A stretch of 34,296 bases of DNA from an uncultured Microbacteriaceae bacterium. GTDB taxonomy: Bacteria; Actinomycetota; Actinomycetes; Actinomycetales; Microbacteriaceae. A program made the position numbers and the translations under genes. The notes beneath the pieces were generated by a model, which saw only the letters and a program-made list of their open reading frames with translations, was not told the DNA's origin and did no database searches. The stretch is taken from the NCBI GenBank assembly GCA_964445125.1, contig CAYUJX010000002.1, forward strand, positions 1 to 34,296, written 5' to 3'. This document shows, piece after piece, positions 30,958-34,296 of this stretch (the stretch's first letter is position 1; every line of letters starts with the position of its first letter).

Positions 30958-31719
30958 CTACTCAGACTCTTCCAGTAACGCCGACACCTCTGCGCTGAGG
31001 TCCATGTTCGTGAAGACAGTTTGGACATCATCACAGTCCTCAAGAGCTTCGACCAGGGACAGCACCTTCTTCGCTCCCTCAAGGTCGGGCTGAATGCTCA
31101 CGGTGGCGAGAAATTCTGCTTCCGCTGCGTCGTAGTCAATGCCCGCTTCCTGGACAGCCTTCCGTGCCTCAACCAGGCGGGACGGGTCGGTAATAATTTC
31201 GAATCCCTCGCCTCTATCGATTACTTCTTCCGCTCCAGCGTCCAGCACAGCCATCAAAATGTCGTCTTCACTCACCCCGTCGGTCTTCGAAATTGAGACA
31301 ACTCCTTTACGGGAAAAGTTGTAAGCCACGCTCCCCGGATCGGCCATCTGACCTCCATTGCGCGTCATGATAATTCGCACCTCTGCCGCGGCACGATTGC
31401 GGTTATCGGTCAGGCATTCGACCAACAAAGCCACACCACCGGGCCCATAACCCTCATACATGATGGTGTGATAATCCACGGTTTCGCCCGCGAGCCCGCC
31501 ACCGCGCTTGATCGCACGATCGATGTTGTCGTTGGGCACCGAAGTCTTCTTAGCCTTCTGAATTGCATCGGCGAGGGTGGGATTACCGGCAATGTCCGCT
31601 CCACCTATTTTTGCCGCTACTTCGATGTTCTTGATGAGCTTGGCGAAAGATTTTGCACGTCGCCCGTCGATGATGGCCTTTTTGTGCTTCGTTGTTGCCC
31701 ACTTAGAGTGTCCCGACAT
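30958..31719 (-). CDS. yebC: YebC/PmpR family protein
   Basis: [22 protein letters not shown] and TDNRNR motifs. Confidence 0.97.
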   Translation of the reverse strand: MSGHSKWATTKHKKAIIDGRRAKSFAKLIKNIEVAAKIGGADIAGNPTLADAIQKAKKTSVPNDNIDRAIKRGGGLAGETVDYHTIMYEGYGPGGVALLVECLTDNRNRAAAEVRIIMTRNGGQMADPGSVAYNFSRKGVVSISKTDGVSEDDILMAVLDAGAEEVIDRGEGFEIITDPSRLVEARKAVQEAGIDYDAAEAEFLATVSIQPDLEGAKKVLSLVEALEDCDDVQTVFTNMDLSAEVSALLEESE

Positions 31720-31745
31720 CGCGCTCCCTTGTTTGCCACCCCATT

Positions 31746-32375
31746 CTAAACAACCAGTGCCTCGCCGTGGGAACGCTTCGCGGCCAGGACCTGGTCGAGG
31801 AATCGTTGGTGGAGGCGGTATTCGCCGACCACCTCGGGGTGAAAGGCGACACCCAGAAGAGTTGCCGTCGCGACGCCGACCACTTCGCCACCGGCAAGGG
31901 TCGCAATAATCTCGACACCCTTGCCCACCCTCGTCACCACGGGGGCCCGGATAAACGCCACTTTGAGGGGTGGCCCATCAAGCCCACTCAAAGAAATCTC
32001 CGCCTCGTAGGATTCAACTTGCGGCCCAAAAGCATTTCTGCGAACAGAAATATCAAGACCACCCAAAGTTTCCTGGCCCCTAATTCCACCCTCAATGTCG
32101 TGGGCCAGGAGGATTAGCCCCGCGCAGGTTCCCAGCACAGGAAGACCCCCTGCAATAGCCTCTCTGAGCGGCTCCCGGAGACCAAAAATGCGCATCAATT
32201 TGTCTATGACGCTCGACTCGCCCCCCGGGAGGACAAGACCATCAAGACCTTCGAGGTGCTCGGGAAGCCGCACCTGGGTGACCCGCGCCCCCAGGGACGC
32301 AAGCACGGCATGATGCTCGGCAACATCGCCCTGGAGGGCGAGGATGCCGATGGTGGGTGGGGTACTACCAGCCAC
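31746..32375 (-). CDS. pdxT: PLP synthase glutaminase subunit
   Basis: [27 protein letters not shown] and FHPE motifs. Start at GTG 32375, overlapping the pdxS end. Confidence 0.96.
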   Translation of the reverse strand: MAGSTPPTIGILALQGDVAEHHAVLASLGARVTQVRLPEHLEGLDGLVLPGGESSVIDKLMRIFGLREPLREAIAGGLPVLGTCAGLILLAHDIEGGIRGQETLGGLDISVRRNAFGPQVESYEAEISLSGLDGPPLKVAFIRAPVVTRVGKGVEIIATLAGGEVVGVATATLLGVAFHPEVVGEYRLHQRFLDQVLAAKRSHGEALVV

Positions 32376-33267
32376 GCTCAGCAAGGCGGTGTGGGGCAGG
32401 AAGGTCGGATACGTTAATTCCCACCATGGCTTCTCCGAGGCCGCGGGAGGCCTCGGCAATGACGCTAGCGTTGGTGAATTGGGCGGTAGCTTTCACGATC
32501 GCAGCAGCACGATGGGCAGGATTTCCCGATTTGAAAATTCCCGATCCCACGAAGACGCCGTCGGCGCCGAGCTGCATCATCATCGCCGCATCAGCTGGCG
32601 TGGCCATGCCACCGGCGGAAAACATCACCACGGGAAGCTTCCCGCTCTGCGCCACCTCCACGACGAGGTCATAGGGGGCCTGAAGATTTTTGGCCGCCAC
32701 GTAAAGCTCGTCCGGGCTCATCGCCTGAAGCTGGCGAATTTCTCCCAAAATGGTGCGCATGTGCTTCGTCGCTTCGGAAACATCACCCGTTCCTGCTTCA
32801 CCTTTCGAGCGAATCATCGCAGCACCTTCAGTGACCCGACGAAGCGCTTCACCCAGGTTCGTTGCTCCACACACGAAAGGAATGGTGAAACCCCATTTGT
32901 CGATGTGGTTGACGTAGTCAGCGGGGCTCAGAACTTCGGACTCGTCGATGTAGTCGACCTTCAGAGATTCGAGGATTTGAGCCTCAACAAAATGACCAAT
33001 GCGTACTTTGGCCATCACGGGAATCGAGACGGTATCCATGATTCCCTGGATGAGATCTAAGTCGCTCATCCGAGCAACTCCACCCTCAGCGCGGATATCC
33101 GCCGGGACTCGTTCGAGGGCCATTACAGCTACCGCGCCAGAGTCTTCGGCAATGCGGGCTTGTTCAGGAGTGACGACGTCCATGATGACGCCGCCCTTAA
33201 GCATCTCGGCGAGACCTCTTTTGACCCTTGCAGTTCCAGCCTGCGGTGTGGTGGTGTTGTCGCTCAT
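32365..33267 (-). CDS. pdxS: PLP synthase lyase subunit
   Basis: [27 protein letters not shown] and KGEAGTG motifs. Start at ATG 33267 (MSDN...). Confidence 0.98.
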   Translation of the reverse strand: MSDNTTTPQAGTARVKRGLAEMLKGGVIMDVVTPEQARIAEDSGAVAVMALERVPADIRAEGGVARMSDLDLIQGIMDTVSIPVMAKVRIGHFVEAQILESLKVDYIDESEVLSPADYVNHIDKWGFTIPFVCGATNLGEALRRVTEGAAMIRSKGEAGTGDVSEATKHMRTILGEIRQLQAMSPDELYVAAKNLQAPYDLVVEVAQSGKLPVVMFSAGGMATPADAAMMMQLGADGVFVGSGIFKSGNPAHRAAAIVKATAQFTNASVIAEASRGLGEAMVGINVSDLPAPHRLAERGW

Positions 33268-33329
33268 GAGGTGACGGGGTCCTTTCCCAGACAGTGGCAC
33301 GTGAGGCACTTTGAGGTGCGGGCAAAAGT

Positions 33330-33893
33330 CTAACCCTTGGAACCTGAAGGCCAGCTTGCTATGAGCTGTTCGCGCATATCGCCAAGAATCTGCGGTATCG
33401 CTTTGGTGCGCGCAATGATGGGGAAAAAGTTGGAGTCCTGCCCCCACCGCGGCACAACATGTTGATGAAGGTGAGCCTCAATACCCGCACCAGCAATGCT
33501 CCCCTGGTTGATTCCCATGTTGAATCCTTGGGCACCAGCAACATGACGAAGCGTTCGAATGGCATCTTGCATCATCGCTGAAAGCTCGGCTGCTTCCTCC
33601 ACGCCCAGGTCGTCATAGTTCGCAACATGGCGATACGGCGTGATGAGAAGGTGCCCTGCGTTGTAGGGATACAAATTGAGTACGGCGTAGACAAGCTGAC
33701 CACGAGCCACCACCAGTGAATCATCTTCGGCCATATCAGGCGCCACACAGAACACACAGCCCTGCTCGGCCGTCCGGTCCTCCCCGTTGAGGTAGGCCAT
33801 CCGGTGCGGTGTCCACAGACGTTGAAAAGCATCGGGAACCCCCGGCAAGCCGGAGGGATCTATGAGCGGAACCCCGGGATCATCGTTAGACAT
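33330..33893 (-). CDS. HIT family nucleotide hydrolase/phosphorylase (Ap4A phosphorylase-like)
   Basis: [23 protein letters not shown] and HLHQH (HIT variant) motifs. Start at ATG 33893, overlapping the thrS stop. Confidence 0.93.
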   Translation of the reverse strand: MSNDDPGVPLIDPSGLPGVPDAFQRLWTPHRMAYLNGEDRTAEQGCVFCVAPDMAEDDSLVVARGQLVYAVLNLYPYNAGHLLITPYRHVANYDDLGVEEAAELSAMMQDAIRTLRHVAGAQGFNMGINQGSIAGAGIEAHLHQHVVPRWGQDSNFFPIIARTKAIPQILGDMREQLIASWPSGSKG

Positions 33894-34296
33894 GATGGGG
33901 CGTCCTGGTTGCTTCCAACACCATCTCGAGCGCTTCTTGCAAGGGGACCTGGTTGTGTTGGGATCCATCACGAAAACGGAAGCTCACGGCACCTGCAGTT
34001 CTATCGTCTTCTCCGGCAATCAGCAGGAACGGAATCTTTCCTTTGGTGTGAGTCCGAATCTTTTTTTGCATGCGATCGTCTGAGTCATCAAGTTGCGCCC
34101 TCACCCCATTGCGGGAAAGAGTCTCAATAAACTCACCCAGGTAATCAGCAAACTCCTCAGCGACGGGGATCCCCACGACCTGGACCGGCGAAAGCCATGC
34201 GGGAAAAGCACCGGCATAATGCTCGGTGAGAACGCCGAAGAACCGCTCTACAGAACCAAACAGCGCGCGATGAATCATGATTGGAGCCTGGCGCGA
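33886..34296 (-). CDS. thrS: Threonine--tRNA ligase, C-terminal part (partial)
   Basis: [34 protein letters not shown] and anticodon-binding domain; frame continues past the window edge. Confidence 0.97.
   Translation of the reverse strand, partial: SRQAPIMIHRALFGSVERFFGVLTEHYAGAFPAWLSPVQVVGIPVAEEFADYLGEFIETLSRNGVRAQLDDSDDRMQKKIRTHTKGKIPFLLIAGEDDRTAGAVSFRFRDGSQHNQVPLQEALEMVLEATRTPHHV

Noticed and set aside
33268-33326. Short GCAC/GTGC and CCTCA repeats in the pdxS leader
   Set aside because: Stems of only about 4 bp; no match I can recognise to a riboswitch or PdxR site.
1-34296. CRISPR arrays, tRNA/rRNA, IS or prophage, defence islands
   Set aside because: None seen; intergenic gaps are too short and nearly all coding space is explained by housekeeping genes.

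Overview
Core-genome window from a compact, moderately GC-rich actinobacterium. Gene order and protein sequences suggest a streamlined Microbacteriaceae member (inference). Almost all genes are on the minus strand. Read in transcription order: thrS (3' part), HIT hydrolase, pdxS-pdxT, yebC, ruvC-ruvA-ruvB, yajC-secD-secF and rel. Then comes a short plus-strand island (cyclophilin PPIase, DUF349-like protein, AbiEi-like orphan), followed on the minus strand by rarA, rpsD, an unannotated 51-aa membrane protein, alaS-ruvX-mltG-aroE-aroC-aroK-aroB-aroQ-efp-nusB, and pyrR-pyrB-pyrC-(membrane protein)-carA-carB-pyrF, ending in an mIHF-like ORF that runs off the left edge and was missed by the ORF track. 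I see no mobile element, CRISPR array, rRNA/tRNA or clearly novel multi-gene system. The interesting signals are small and regulatory: a clear PyrR-binding hairpin over the pyrR RBS, a structured rpsD leader (candidate S4 autoregulatory RNA), -10 hexamers built into upstream stop codons, several leaderless starts, a possible leaderless uORF over the rel start, and an orphan AbiEi-like gene overlapping the rel 3' end. All product calls come from motif recognition and synteny; no database search was run.
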